DNA of 64,000 bases, taken from the NCBI GenBank assembly GCA_050084515.1, contig CM114271.1, forward strand, positions 29,760,001 through 29,824,000, given 5' to 3'. A program made the position numbers and the translations under genes. Each line of letters begins with the position of its first letter. Within the stretch, counting starts at the first letter, position 1. This stretch comes from Blasia pusilla. Its lineage: Eukaryota. Of this stretch, positions 13,230 to 26,574 are shown piece after piece. The notes below the pieces were generated by a model, which had not been told where the DNA came from, did not search any database, and was given only the letters and a program-made list of their open reading frames with translations.

Positions 13230-15290
13230 TCCCCTCAAACTCAATCTTGAGAATCGCATCCAAATGCTTAGTACTTAATCTATTTCTAGACTTGGTCCTC
13301 ATCATATTTTGAATTGACAATGCTCTCTTATATATGGCACTGCTAACATATTAGACTCTAGCAACAATAGCCAACATGAGAAAATTTGCAAACTTACATT
13401 GTAAAGATGGACTCCATCTTACCATTTCCCACAAATCCTTGAAATTACGGTCCTTCCATTCAATTATGGCCATCAACTTGAAGGATTAGAATTATTGCTT
13501 GACAAAAGTAGCATTTATGACAAAAGGTTGCAATTGCCCCCTTAATGATAACTAACGTAAAAAATGTGCACTCAACTCTTCTAAGTTATTACATCCTCAA
13601 GTTCTTAATTCTACTTGCCGAGAAGGCATGTGCAAGGGGTTCAGGATTTTCATGGTACCAATGAGATTGTTGTCTCTAAATCTATCATGCAAGGTTGTAT
13701 AAATACTCTGAGCATAACTCTTCTGAAATAATAGAGTAGCTTTCAAATCTTTTCCTGTGCGATCCCTCAACATGTCTATATTACGAAACTTCCTTCCTCT
13801 AATCTCAGATTGTAAACGTCTAAGATAGCCACCCAGAGGTCCATAGTCTGGTGGAACATGGTAACCCATCTCCTCTGAAAATATAGATGCATTCAAATCA
13901 TGAGTCTCCATGATTTGAATGCATCACAGCTACCAATGTTGCCTATAGTACTAACATCAACAAATTTGTATTGAAAAATCTTGTTCAAGTTAGCAAGCAT
14001 AGAAAGAATGTTGGCTAGAAAGTATAACTGATAGATCATTTGGAATAACCTTAACTTGTTATATTGATTTGTAGCATTCCCATCAACTTTCGACCGGGAA
14101 ATGTCCCTAAATTATGTTAAAACCAATTCTAGAGAATCATACAAAGTGGATACAGCTTGCCAACGCGACAACCATTGGATCTTATGATATCTTTTCATGA
14201 CTCTCTGGGAGTCATTCGACTTCTCCTGCAAATATACTAAAACAACTTTCCACTTGGAAGACCTCTTGAAATAGTATGCTGCAACATTGACAATAGAATC
14301 TACTTCTAAAGAAGTGGATTTTCAATTGGTTGCTTTTGCAGTTGTGAAACCTATAAGGGTTGTCCTATGGGCAACACAATGCACAGAAAGAATAAATTAA
14401 ATGGGTTTTTGCTTCAATTGTGAAGCCACCCTCGTTTAGCTTCCTACCATTGAAGAAGCACCATCAAAACCGAAATCTTCCATTTTGGAATAATCTAGTC
14501 CCCCATCTTTTAGTAACTCCAAGAAAATATTAGTGATAGCATTTGAACATTTAGACTCAGTGCAAAAAAATCCTAGAAAACTACATTTTGCTTCACCATC
14601 TTCTTTGAAAGTTGCGAAGACAACCAAATGCCATGTCACGGAAATATCACTAGATTCATCAATCATAATTCCAAATAATGGTAACGCATGCACTTTAGCA
14701 AGGGTCCTTTTCCACAAAACTTGGCTTATAAAAAACAAATCTCACTGCAAATTTTCTCATCCTGGTACAGATCTTTGATAATAGACAAGAAGCATAAACT
14801 TACAGATACCAAGGAATTTCGAGCAAGGCATAGCCTCCTTCACAAGGAAGTATGCACACCTAAATAAAGTGAGGAGAGCTACCTCACAAGTCCGATTTGA
14901 TGTAGCAATAGCCTTGGCCATGGATTTCTTACTTGAGTTTGTTGTCCAAGCTAGCTTTACATGCTCATTTGACTTTGCATGATCGGTAAAGCCAGAAATC
15001 TTATAATTGATAACACCCTCCATGACAAAGATACTTTTACCCCAACTCTTGCCTTTGCCTTTTCTACAGATGTTACAAGTTATTCTTCATGTTGAGGAAT
15101 CAAAGGTGATCCAATCATACATGGTATACCAAATGTCCTTCCAAGCTTCTCGATTTTTTGCAGGCAAGGATGCATTGTAATGTACTTTGCTCTTCTCGCT
15201 CGTCCGAGGATCCCGTTGGGGGTGGGGAGAAATTGGTAAGGAGAGTGAATACAAGATCCATGCATTGCACGGTCTCTGATAGGTCCTAAC
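13230..15290 (-). pseudogene. hAT transposase pseudogene, ZNF862/DUF4371-like type
   Basis: FGIMIDESSDIS, GFDGASSMVG, HCVAHR, and a C-terminal dimerisation-like segment (TKSRNRLSTKHLDAIL). Multiple stops and frameshifts; termini not found. Confidence 0.85.
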
Positions 15291-16323
15291 TAGTAATATA
15301 AATAGCAAATACAAACCAAATAAGGAATTACAAAATACATAAATGAAAAGGTAATCTTGAATCTGATAATATAATGGAAATAAAATTTGATTATTCCAAC
15401 ATCCAGCCTACATTGCATAAATTCGAAAAATCATTTCGTGATCCCCTTGAGCTCTTCATGTATTATAAGAGTATGATTGGCACACCACATGAAGTTGGTG
15501 GTCCATGAAGCTTGTTGAAATTATATTTAAATTTTGAGATGAAAAATATCTTTAAATTATCAGAAAAATCAAACATGGGCATACTAATTAAAAAAGAATT
15601 CTTCTTGCAAAGTATGGGCATGCTAACTAGTTAATTCAACTCGAGACAATCAAAAGTAGTTGTAAGGGATGGACTCCAACACTTTGAACTTTAAATTTTA
15701 AATCTCAAAAGAGTAATAACATTTCAACCTACTATCGGATGCAAATCGCTTAAACCAAAGAAACTAGTGTGGGTTCAGTCCTCAAGTGTTTTCCCAACTT
15801 CTGGCTTAAGCCTACGTGGCGTCCGGACTTTAAACTTGCCCGCCCCGCCCCCTGGCTGTTCCTCCTCGCTTCTTCTTTGCGCTGCATGCTTGACATATTT
15901 GCGATTCTTTCTCCCGCCCGCTGCTTGACTTCTCTCTCCTCCGCTTGCAGTAGGCTCGAATTGCCGTGACGGGGGCAGCAAGGGCTTCCGTAAGACCCGA
16001 GATAATTCTTCCTTAATAATTATGCTTGCCTTCGTAGCTACAGGTTGATTCGAAAAAACTGAAACGTGGAGTGCATGGATCTGCAGTTTGAGCTCGATTT
16101 CTGTTCTTGTGCAGTCACGGCCTGAGTCCCTCTTTCCTTTTGGACTTCTGCCAGTAGTCTCGGTACTTGTTCTGTGTTCTCCGTTTCAATTGTGTATCTC
16201 TTGTAATAGCCGTACTTCATCCCCTTGTGATGGGCCACTTTGTTCACCGAAGCAGCTATCCGAGATCCTGATCACCTGTACACTGACTGCAGTCGCTTTC
16301 ATGCGATTGAAAAGATTTCATCG

Positions 16324-19300
16324 ATGCCACCTCTGTTGGCTAACCGTAATGACAAGTCCATGTGCGACCGTCTTCTGGTCATGTGGACAAAAGAGGTAAG
16401 ACTGTTCTCTTCACAGTAACTTGAAGATCGTCTGAAAAAAGACTCTGAATATTCCCACTTTACGCTACGTTGGACTGTTAGACTAGTCTGTAACGTTATG
16501 CCTTCGTGGCTCCATCTTGGCGCTGCCAAATTGGTGCAGGTACTTGGTAATTAGTGTACCGGTTCGCATGGAGAGAAAAGCCCGTAAATTCAAGCTGTTG
16601 TAGCGTTGATGATCACTTTATGTCAGACCAAGGCATTTTTCGGGCATTTCATGCTGAAACGACCAGATCACCCGCTACATTTCTTTCGGAGGGTGGATTC
16701 ATTCAATCCAGCAAGTACTAGATATCGTCGTACGCATTGTTTCCAGATCTTCATAGTAAATTACAGTGATAGTGCATTATCATCGTAACCATTCCTCATG
16801 TTGAAGGACTGCATAGTGAGCATGGCGAATCATTATCTCGGCTGAATAGATGAGTTTAAGGCACCGTGGTTGCAAGATTACCGATGAACTATCCCTACTT
16901 GTTGCAGAGAAAATAACTATGAAAGCTTAACTACGGCGAAACCAAGTTCCTGCTGTTAGAATTTTCTAGAATGGTGCCCGTGTTTCACCTACCATAATTC
17001 AGAGCATGGAAAGATTCTGGAGTCGAGGAATGCCTTGCCCAAGACTTCTGTTGTCGACAAATGATAATTTCGTTCTCGTCGCTGTGGAAGCAACTGGTTA
17101 TCGAGACGTTCGGTGGTTGTATCATGGATCTTTCTGCTGCTCCTTTACAGAACTTTGCTGCCTTCTGATTTATCTAGCCTTGCATTCTAAGAAGAGGTGG
17201 CAAGCGTTTCGTATGTTTAGTTGGAGCATCGAGATATGGAGCACTTCAATCTGTAGTTCGGGCTGAGTGCCACTTTTTTTCTGGATAATCCTGGGCAGAC
17301 AGTAATAGGGAATAGATAAGCGTGGATCTTTCTATGATTTCCACTCGTATCTTAATAACTTCCCGGAAACGTCAATTCAATAATTCAGTTCACAATAGAG
17401 GTAAACCGATCAATTTAAAGAGACCAAAGTTCGAGGTTCGAGAGCTAAGTTTCCTGGTAAAGCTCAAGTATTAAACGCAGTGGACAGAAGAAAATTGCTT
17501 CAAGCGCCTTGGAAGGTGCCTGGATGATTATTCCTGTCACTACTATCAGATCTTGCCCACCTTACATGAATTAGATATTCAATTACGGTGCGAAAATTCT
17601 CCGGGGTTTTGGAAACCGTTCCCTCGGCTGGTAAGATTTCGCAATAATTTTTCCTCGTAGAACATTCTGGCCTCAGTCTTCGCCTAAACACCTTCCTGTT
17701 GGACAGAAAATTTTCTTGCCCAGAATGAAGTTGAGCCGTGGAGGCAGGTACATCGCGAACTCCTTTCCGGCCGTCTTGACATGGTGATTCTTACTATTTT
17801 CGCATTCGTCCATGCGTCTTGCAGGAAGATGAGATACTGCGAGATCAAGTGAAATTGCATGGAATCGACAAGTATTTTCCGTTTGCTTCCACTTCCATCG
17901 CCTTAACGATATTATCTATTTACTCTTATTAATCCAGTGCTCTGCGATTGCTTGGATTCCATACTGCCTTCCATGAGTCCCTTTTAACCTTCGTATATTA
18001 GTTTCGATTCGCTGGAGCAATAGTGTTTCTCTGTCTTGACCGTGTGAGGAAGTTCATCGAAGTCTTTCTCCTTCTGGTTCTTCCCTATCACTGCTGGACA
18101 GGTCAAATGATTAGCCGTGGCGCCTACAGTTTTATGCCAATTGTTCATGTTAACCTGCGCATTAGTAGCCTTCAGAGGATTTCATCTTTCCTCCACTTTG
18201 GATAGCAACAGAAGTTGTTTCATGAAATACCGCGTTGCAGTGTATCTCCATCGGAGTATTAAATTTTAAGATAGCATTTTTCATGTTCCTGCTTCTTTCT
18301 TTTGAAATGTAGATCGTCGAACGAATGGGGTCAGCAGATTTTGCCGTTACACCACTTCCTAACGTACGGTGTCTATCAGGTGGGCAAAGATCGCAACACA
18401 GCTGTGTGGTAAGACAAGCAGACAGTGCAGGCGCCGGTAAGATGGAGAGCCCTCTACCTAACATATTCCTGAATCTCGCCATCCATCGATTTACTGTTGA
18501 CGTTTTGGAATGACTGAAAGTCGGAATCTTCCTCGTATCTTTAAGACTGCTAATTATAGACTTATTTGTGCCGTGCATGTCTATGATCAGGCTCATCTTG
18601 AAATTTCAAAATACTTTGGGATGGCCTTCTTATTGTGTGCATACCATTCCCTGAACATAAACTAACTTTTTACAACCGTGAAGGTGGCACATGTTTCTGA
18701 ATGTGATTAACAAAAGGGGCGGATGGTCAGCAGACGAGGATAAGCTTCTCCTTGAGGTGATGGGGCGCGACAGCTTTTGTTAAAAAGATTATTGAGAGGA
18801 TTTTCTAAAGATAAACTCTTGTTACTTTGCGAGTTGGACTGATATTCCCTGCTCACCTTGTTTCTCATTCGTGGTTCCTCATGAACGATTGTTATCAGGC
18901 TCACAAGAAGTTTGGCAATCGATGGACCGAGATCGCAAAGAAACTACCGGGCAGGTACCCGACTCGACACGTCACAATGCATGGATAAGCAGTCGTAACA
19001 TAATTCTGTAGGTCAAATTCAAACGGACCTCTAACAGCTGACTTGCAGAGAAGGGCTTGTATTTGTCTTTCAAATAGCATGTATGTACAGGTACAATGGA
19101 GTCATAGCAGCGGCTCTTGGTGGAGTGGACGTCAGGAGAAACACCTTGGAATGAAAATGATTCAGAAAGACAGTGAATCTTCAATATTGTTGACATTCAA
19201 CCGTATACATTAGATTCAAACTTTTGAAAAATTGAGGAGTCGTATGCAGATAGAAATACTGACACTGCTGGCTCAAAGTCTTTCGATCTTGATGATGAAA

Positions 19301-22300
19301 GAGGGAACAATCTATACCACTCTAAGGCGGTTGAAAATATTTGTGACAGAGATTGAGCCTAATGAGAACTTATGATATCCCCTGATGAAAAGTAGAGATA
19401 GTAATGTTGTCATCATTGACTATTTTAAGAGCTGTGACTGCCTCAAACAGGCCCTTGTAGGCATAGAGCCTGAAACTGACATCATAGCAGTAACTGGAGG
19501 CTAGAGAAAGTCATCAATTACATCGAGTTCATTTAAGGGCGTTTACTTATTTCCTTGACTATAATTTGGAGGTTTTGAGGAATCACTAGAGGAATTCCAT
19601 TTGAGCTCTGTGTTAGATGAGATGAAACTGTTGGATAAACAGGATCTGGTGGATAGAATAGGATTTACCAGTGGAACCGTTCGTGAATGCTTCGTATGGC
19701 AATTGGAATTAGGCCTTATGATGTTGGGTCCATGAATGCAGAACGGACAATGCTGTGAAGAATCGGTTCTGCGTACTTTGCAAGAAACAAACGAAGGAGG
19801 CGGAAGCATGTCCTGCGCAACGAAATGTGGATGGTGGGGGCCATGATGCCAAGCAGCAGCAGCAGCAGCAGCAGCAGGAGAGGAGATTCCAGGAGTCCCA
19901 AAACCTTATGCATTGTGGTGGCAGCGTGAGTAAGAAGATGCGGTAAGATATGGATTTTAACGAGTTCCTTTGTGTGGATGTAGAATTGGAGCTAAAAACC
20001 TTTGTCATGGAGACCTAAATCACCCCTGAAGTATCCCAGATGAAGTTTTGGTCGATTGACCTATCAGGACCAGCAAGCTCTTCAGAGTTTTTGATTTTCG
20101 AATGCAGCTCAGACTTAGATTTTCATGTTTAACAGGATGGAAGCACATCTGCATAAGAAATCACCAGAGTCTGCTCTACAAAACGGATCACTCGAGGAAA
20201 ATTTGCAGCGATGGAGAGGGCTTAATTCTACAGAAATGCTTACAGACACTCTCGTCCAGCACAGATCTCTGGATGGATGCCTACAGCCATGGCAGTCGTT
20301 GCAGTCAGACTTTGTGCGCACTTGTACCCCCCCATTCCAAAATTCAGAAGAAAATGGTCATGTTTGGAAGCGAGGTCCAGTGGATGGGAGTGATGACACA
20401 CTTCACCCAAGGACACCGAACAAAGGGAATCTGCAACACTGGGAAGGATCACAGTCACGTGGAGAAACCAGTGTCTCAAAGGTTCATGAGAACTTACTCC
20501 AAGGAAACTCACAAACCTCAACGGCCTTGGAATCACAAGTAGGACCAATGAGCCCTTCTGACCACCCCAAACATATCCAAGACAACCTGCAGCATTGGAG
20601 GTCAACAACAGGTGAAGTAAGTGACGATTTTATGTACCAACAAAGAGGATTGAAGAAAAACATTTCCACATGGAGCCGTTTGAAAATGTCTGATACTGCT
20701 AAAAGACATTCTTCTGAGCAAAGGCAAGTTGATGAATTGGCTCAGTGGGGGAAAGGACTGCATGTTAAGGCCAGGATGTGTAGCGATCCCTTCAAGCAAA
20801 GGCAGAAGGACGAAAACCTAAACAATTGGGAGCAAAAATCGGAAGACTCTGTGAATGCTACCACAAATCAGCAGAGACCTGTTGATGAAAACCTACCACC
20901 TCTGAGTGAAATGGATTCCATCACTAACGTCTATACTTCTGCTCTTAAACATAGCGCAATGGTTGGTGTCACTCAGAGATGGTCCACTGTCCAGTTTGCA
21001 AGCCAAGGTGAGAAGCTCCAGCTATCTACTGGAGATGATTTGCAAATCTGTTATCTCTCAGGGGCTAATGACGGCAATGAGAAGAGTCCCCATCAGAGGT
21101 CCACTGAAACCATGCATCAATGGCAACGGTGGAACCATTCCTCTGACCAAGGAATCCATAATCCTGCGGGCCATCACACATCTTTAGGGTACAATGCGCA
21201 GGTGGACGAATCACAACCTGAGCATTCAACTGACAACAATCAATCTTGTCAACAAGTTTCAACACGACAGCTGCCAATGTGGGCGAATTCAAAGTATCGA
21301 AGGACGTTAGGCACTGCAGTTCCGCAACAGCTGGACAATCATAAAGTTAATGAATGGAGACCTTGTCCTGGGGGTCCAGGATACTCGGAGCACTCATCAC
21401 CTTTGGATGGCGGGCCCCATCCGTGGGACGGATTGGAGGATGTCAACTGTTCAGCCCCGCTTCTGAGCATACTCAACCGTTTCTCAGGTGGGGAAACACT
21501 AGGCGTTCTAGAGTAATTTTTCGACACTCGAGTTTCGAGTATAGCTCCTCAAAACAAAAGCTGCAAAGTCGTTGGAGTAGACATCGGCGAGGAAGATCTT
21601 TTCTATCAAATTGTCCACTGGGTTTTACGGACACTTGCATGAAATTAGATATTCAGTTGGTGTAGTTTAGTAAGAATGTTGGTTCTTTGCCCAGTAAGTT
21701 ACTCCTAGGATCATTTTCTTGGACAACAAATCAATTCATTCATGCATTGGCTTGGATTGTCCATAATTTAGGTCTTGAATCCAATCAGACTGCTCAAGTT
21801 TTGAGTCCCCAAAGTCGGAGTCACGAAGGACTTTCTCCACTACCGCAGGATGGATCTTGGAAGGTCAGCTTATCAACCCAATTATCTCTAGTCCATTACA
21901 AGAAGATCGTATCGAGAGGGAAGGTCTTATTTCGGGCAGGGCTTGGCGTTCTAATTGATGTCTACCTCGGGAACCCCCAAATTGTTGCTCCTGAAAACAT
22001 CAATTTTGTCCAGCCGGTATAGGGGCTAGATAACTCAAGAGTTTATTTCTGGTAGAATAGTCTGAGGGACAGTTATCTGATCGATGAGCTTCTCTTTGTG
22101 GTAAAATGGGCTTGGAGCCGTAATTCTTTGAAGAGGCTAGCCAATATTTCCATAGGAATTTAAAGTCCATCAAATTCATATGTAGCGCATTGACGAATTG
22201 AACTCCCTCTGTGATGGAAAAATTACAGCATTTTTTGCATACTATTCTTGCATTCTTCATCGTATTGAGTTCCAAGTTGTAACATTTGCGAGTATTTGTG

Positions 22301-24673
22301 ACAGGGAGAATCTTGGCCGGCGAAGCAGTCCGGCGAAATTCATGAAACTGTCGTGGACAAATTTGTCTTCGCACCAATAGAACTCTCTGTAAACGATCAA
22401 ATCGAAGGCCGTGGGTGAGTATGGTTCACAGCTAACCCACTTTAATCTCATTCTGTTGATCTTCTTTCCTTCTCAATAATCTGTGCGGATTTTGATAAGG
22501 TGAGTCAAACAGTCTCAAGGATGATAGATAATCGAGTATCGACTTCTGCAAGTGGGTCATACTTGGATGTCCAAAACATATGGAATGCCACATGTTAAAC
22601 TACATGTTTAGTCATATTTTGGTATATTAGAATTCAAGCAGACATGTGATCATGTCACCAAGTGCAACTCCTCGAATATAGAGTGGGCTCACATGAATGG
22701 AGGCTAAATGGCAGATTTGAGGTCTGAAAACTACGAGTCATGAATTGAGTTGATTATGAAGATTAATCTCAATCGATAATCTGGGATACCATCCGTGTCG
22801 TACTAACACATAGGCGTCCAATGATCAGAGCACCGGTCGTAAATAGTCGAAGTCACTTAGATAACCCATGAAACCCGTGTCTTGTAGATTTAATTTTCTT
22901 TGGGTGTCCTGGATGGTTGTCTCCACTCAGCGACAGAATTCAGTTCATTATCTGGTTGTCTTTCTTAAGAAGCGTGGGAGTGTTTCTTCAATTTTCTCGC
23001 TCTTCACGTCGCGTGATTCACTGTGCAAAATGGGTCCAGGGACGTTGTGTGCTTTAATGAGCTTATGCTAGAAGAATCAAAGGAGAACGATTCCACGACA
23101 GTACAAGAAATCTGCGCTGCAAGCATCCATATAGATCAAACATCTAGGCCTGAAATTCCAGCGTGGAAGTTGGTGACTAACTTGAAAGACAAGCATATAC
23201 CCAAGAGTGAATCGGAAACGTCAGCTGATTTTGGCAGCAACGGTGAGACGTGCAATGGCAGATGTGCCGTTCAGGATCAAGGTATTTCACAAAACCTGGG
23301 GACAGTCTTAGTTTCATGTTAATTGAATTTAAGTCGCATTCAAAATAATTATTGGTCCATGTGTTCGTACGATCTAGGCCTTCAGACAGAATGGACTTAA
23401 AGTTTTCTTAGTCCTACCCATCTGCTACATAAGGAATTGTTGCAACGCCAAGAGCACCTTTTCCTGGCACTAGGAAGAATTGAGTACTTCGAGTTAAATC
23501 CTGTATATGCTCCTGACCTAGATTCCGGTTTCTTTTGGTCGTACACTTAGAATGTGAGATTTCTTTTGCAAATTAGTAAATATAGAAAAACGCCGACATA
23601 TGAAGGGGATGCAGAAAAAATGGATGGGACAACCCATTCCAGCCATGAGTAGATGCTTGGAACTGGTTTTGGTGTAGGGTGCAGGTGGAATAGCGTGGTT
23701 TTCCTTTGCCTTAGTGCATACTTCAACCATGCGTATCTTATCAGCAGCGCCATTAGTCCTTGATTGTTTTATTGAGTATTTCTTTACTGAAGTAGGCCTT
23801 TCTGAGACCAAGGAATGTTGGTTGTGGCGGATCTGGTACTTTAAAAAGAATAGTACAGAGCCTCTTCTGGCCACTTGGACTGTTACACCCGAGATTTCGT
23901 CTAAGCAGTCATGTCTGATAAATTCTCAACCCTCGGAAAGATAATCGCTCCAGTTCGCTTGAAAATGAGCGTTAATCTTTGTATACACGAGAAAAAGTGG
24001 GAACGTGGTTCATCTTCCTCGAAGTTTCCAGCTTCTTGGTAGAGGGCTGAAGGTCATTGACTTCTTGTGTATTGCAGCGGAATCAGTGAAGATGGAAGGT
24101 CAAACATCTGGAGTGTCAGACTCTCCACCTCCTGGAATCGCTGCTGATGTCTTTTCACCAACTCAGATTACTCCCAGAAGTCATGTGACAATGGAGTCCA
24201 TGCCTAGCCCTCAGTTTTCAGAAAGTGTGAGTGCTGTTATTTTATACACCCTATGTACATTCTAATGGCGGCAAGTTGGGTTACTTCTTTGTGATTACGA
24301 TCATAGGCTGTCAGTGTTGCTTTAGTGAGGAGCGTCATTTCGAATGAATCACTGTCTGGCCAGAGGGTCAAGAAGATCCATCGCTGCTCTTCCCATTAGA
24401 ATCCTCTTACTAGTTCATTCTAAAACTTCCAGTACGATGACCAAGTAATCCAATTTGTCTCTCTTCGATGTACAGGAGAAAGAATTTCTGCTAAGCACAC
24501 TGGAACAGTCATCAACTAGTTGCTGGCTAGGCTCTCCGTTGCGTCCCACCTCCCATTTCAGCAAAGTTCGTACTGCACTCATTGATATCCGTTATGATAC
24601 TCCAGCTCGGTCACCCCTGTCCTCCAGCCTCTTGCACCAGTTTCAAGTTTCGGAAGGCCCACGTTTGGCCTAG
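16324..24673 (+). CDS. FLP: FOUR LIPS/MYB88-like atypical R2R3-MYB transcription factor. Predicted exons 16324-16395, 17825-17871, 18380-18436, 18684-18756, 18899-18954, 19742-19942, 20136-21487, 21772-21863, 22305-22414, 23040-23281, 24078-24226, 24476-24673
   Basis: Phase-consistent GT-AG splicing gives [100 protein letters not shown]. The C-terminal FSPTQITP...PSPQFSESEKEFLLSTL motif matches FLP/MYB88. The start codon and exons 8-10 are less certain. Confidence 0.88.
19853..19876 (+). repeat. (CAG)n microsatellite encoding poly-Gln just after the MYB domain
   Basis: Run of CAG triplets in exon 6. Confidence 0.9.
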
Positions 24674-25922
24674 GGTGCTGCGACTCCTGCCACCCATGTA
24701 CAAATGCTTACCGACGTCATTTGAAAGTAATTGTACTTATTAGATGATTGAATTTATACATAGTAGTGAACGTAGACCAGATTGATTCTTTCCGTAGCAT
24801 AGTTGATTATCATGGCGTGATGCCTGAGTTATTCATTCTTCAGCATTCCTAGATTGCAGGTGTACAACATAGATCCAATTCATGGATACAGGATTTGATT
24901 AGGACGCGAAAAAGCACCATATAGTTTCATACAGAGTAAGTCATTAAAGGAGATAAGCGGGCAAATGTTCACGTGTAAGTCTATTTAGACGACATTTTGG
25001 GAATTGTACACATGGAAGATAGCGCATATATGTGTATATATCCAGTGGCGCAACCATTCAGTGCAACCCAGCTTTCGGTTCTTATGATGTTTTCGTAATA
25101 TCCTTTGTCGTTTTGCGTTTTGATTGACTATTGCAGAGAATCAAATTCGTCGCAATTTTTCGTCGTTATTCTTATGAGGTCAGATTTGGACTTGACGTCT
25201 AGTCCCTTTCCACAGGACCATAGAACTGTTCACATTTTTGAGGGTCATGAAAGGGGTTGAAAATCCTAAGATTTTAATCTAGTGTTCAAACTGAACTTAC
25301 AGTGGTGGAGAACTTAAACTGCCCCAGGGTCTCTCGGCCCTATGAATATCATGACGCGGAGAGACTTTGGACCGTACTAGGTGGCTATCTAAGTCCAGCC
25401 GGTTCGTTCACTCGTTCATAACCCATGTATTTTCGGTCCAAATCAGTTTTCTCGTGTATCAGTTTCAACCAACGTTGGCAACAGCTAGCACCAAGACGAA
25501 TTTGGTAGCACAGAGGGAAAATTGAATCTTTGGAAACCTTCTCGAGCATGTGTATCTCGGGCGTGTAGAGAGGAAACGATGTATGTACCTGGAAAATCGT
25601 GAAACTATCAGTCGACGACCAGCTGAGTAGCAACGGACGCTCTCCGTTTAAGTTTTTAATTATTAAGTGCATCGACATTACGTAAGATCGATCCGTGCTC
25701 ACTAAATAAGGCAGTGCGTCACATTCACATTACGGTCTCCTCAAGACTCACCTGAATCTCAGACGGAGGGAATGCTGTGCAAGACTGAGGAAGGAATATC
25801 ACGACCATCGCATACAACATGATGAGCGAGTCCATCGCGAAGCAATTAGAACTTACGGAGATACAAGATGGAGGGCATTCTAATTGCATGTGTTTGATGT
25901 TGTCAATAGAAAGAGGCAGGAA

Positions 25923-25925
<3 letters not shown>

Positions 25926-25966
<41 letters not shown>
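25926..25966. repeat. (TA)n microsatellite
   Basis: About 20 perfect TA units. Confidence 0.95.
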
Positions 25967-25967
<1 letters not shown>

Positions 25968-26041
25968 TCAATAAAATATATATAAAATATACTCAACCAA
26001 AACCTACAAAAGTAGTCGAAAACTATTCTCCCAAAATGGAA

Positions 26042-26216
26042 TCTATACTATTAAAAGAGTTTGGGGGTTTTAGGGTTTAGGCATGGTTCCTCCGCATGAC
26101 ATGTATGCATTTTAGGCTTTTCTCGTGTTGACATGTGGCAGGTTTAACAGGAGCTAACAGTTAAGTTAAGGGGGACGAGGCCAGTTCCACCTCTGCATCG
26201 CACGGGCACCGGCTAG
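26042..26216 (+). mobile_element. Non-autonomous mini-Helitron (175 bp)
   Basis: 5' end A|TCTATACTATTAAAA. Imperfect hairpin CCTCTGCATCGCACGGG just before CTAG|T. Sits between A and T with no TSD. Confidence 0.8.
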
Positions 26217-26574
26217 TGTAGACTAGATTAAAATTTGGGGAACTTGTCCGAAATTTTAAATTATTCGAAATAATATCAAATGGATCGAACATGAGGTAAA
26301 CAACCCTAGATTCATGTTTTGATTTAGGAAAAAATATGGTAATGCACGTTCAAGTTGTCAAAAGATTGAGCTATACTAAAGTGCCATTTTCTCAAGGAGT
26401 TTTCAAAACGTTAATTATATTTTCCCATTTCTATTCCATTTATGGTTTTCTATGGCACTCTTTTATATTCCGTTTCTTATTTTCTATGGCACCTACTTAA
26501 AGCCTCGTCAACTTAACCGACGACGCATAACATGCAAGTATCATAGAAATAAACTGTATTTGTACTCGACTAGT

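Noticed and set aside
12482-15854. CAGGG at 12482 and CCCTG near 15850 as hAT terminal inverted repeats
   Set aside because: The match is only 5 bp and there is no 8-bp TSD.
20125-21516. 463-aa ORF as a stand-alone gene
   Set aside because: It joins in phase to the MYB exons upstream and to the FLP C-terminal motif downstream, so it is best read as an internal exon.
25324-25380. Hairpin followed by CTAG as a Helitron 3' end
   Set aside because: The loop is too long, CTAG is followed by G rather than T, and no matching 5' end was found.
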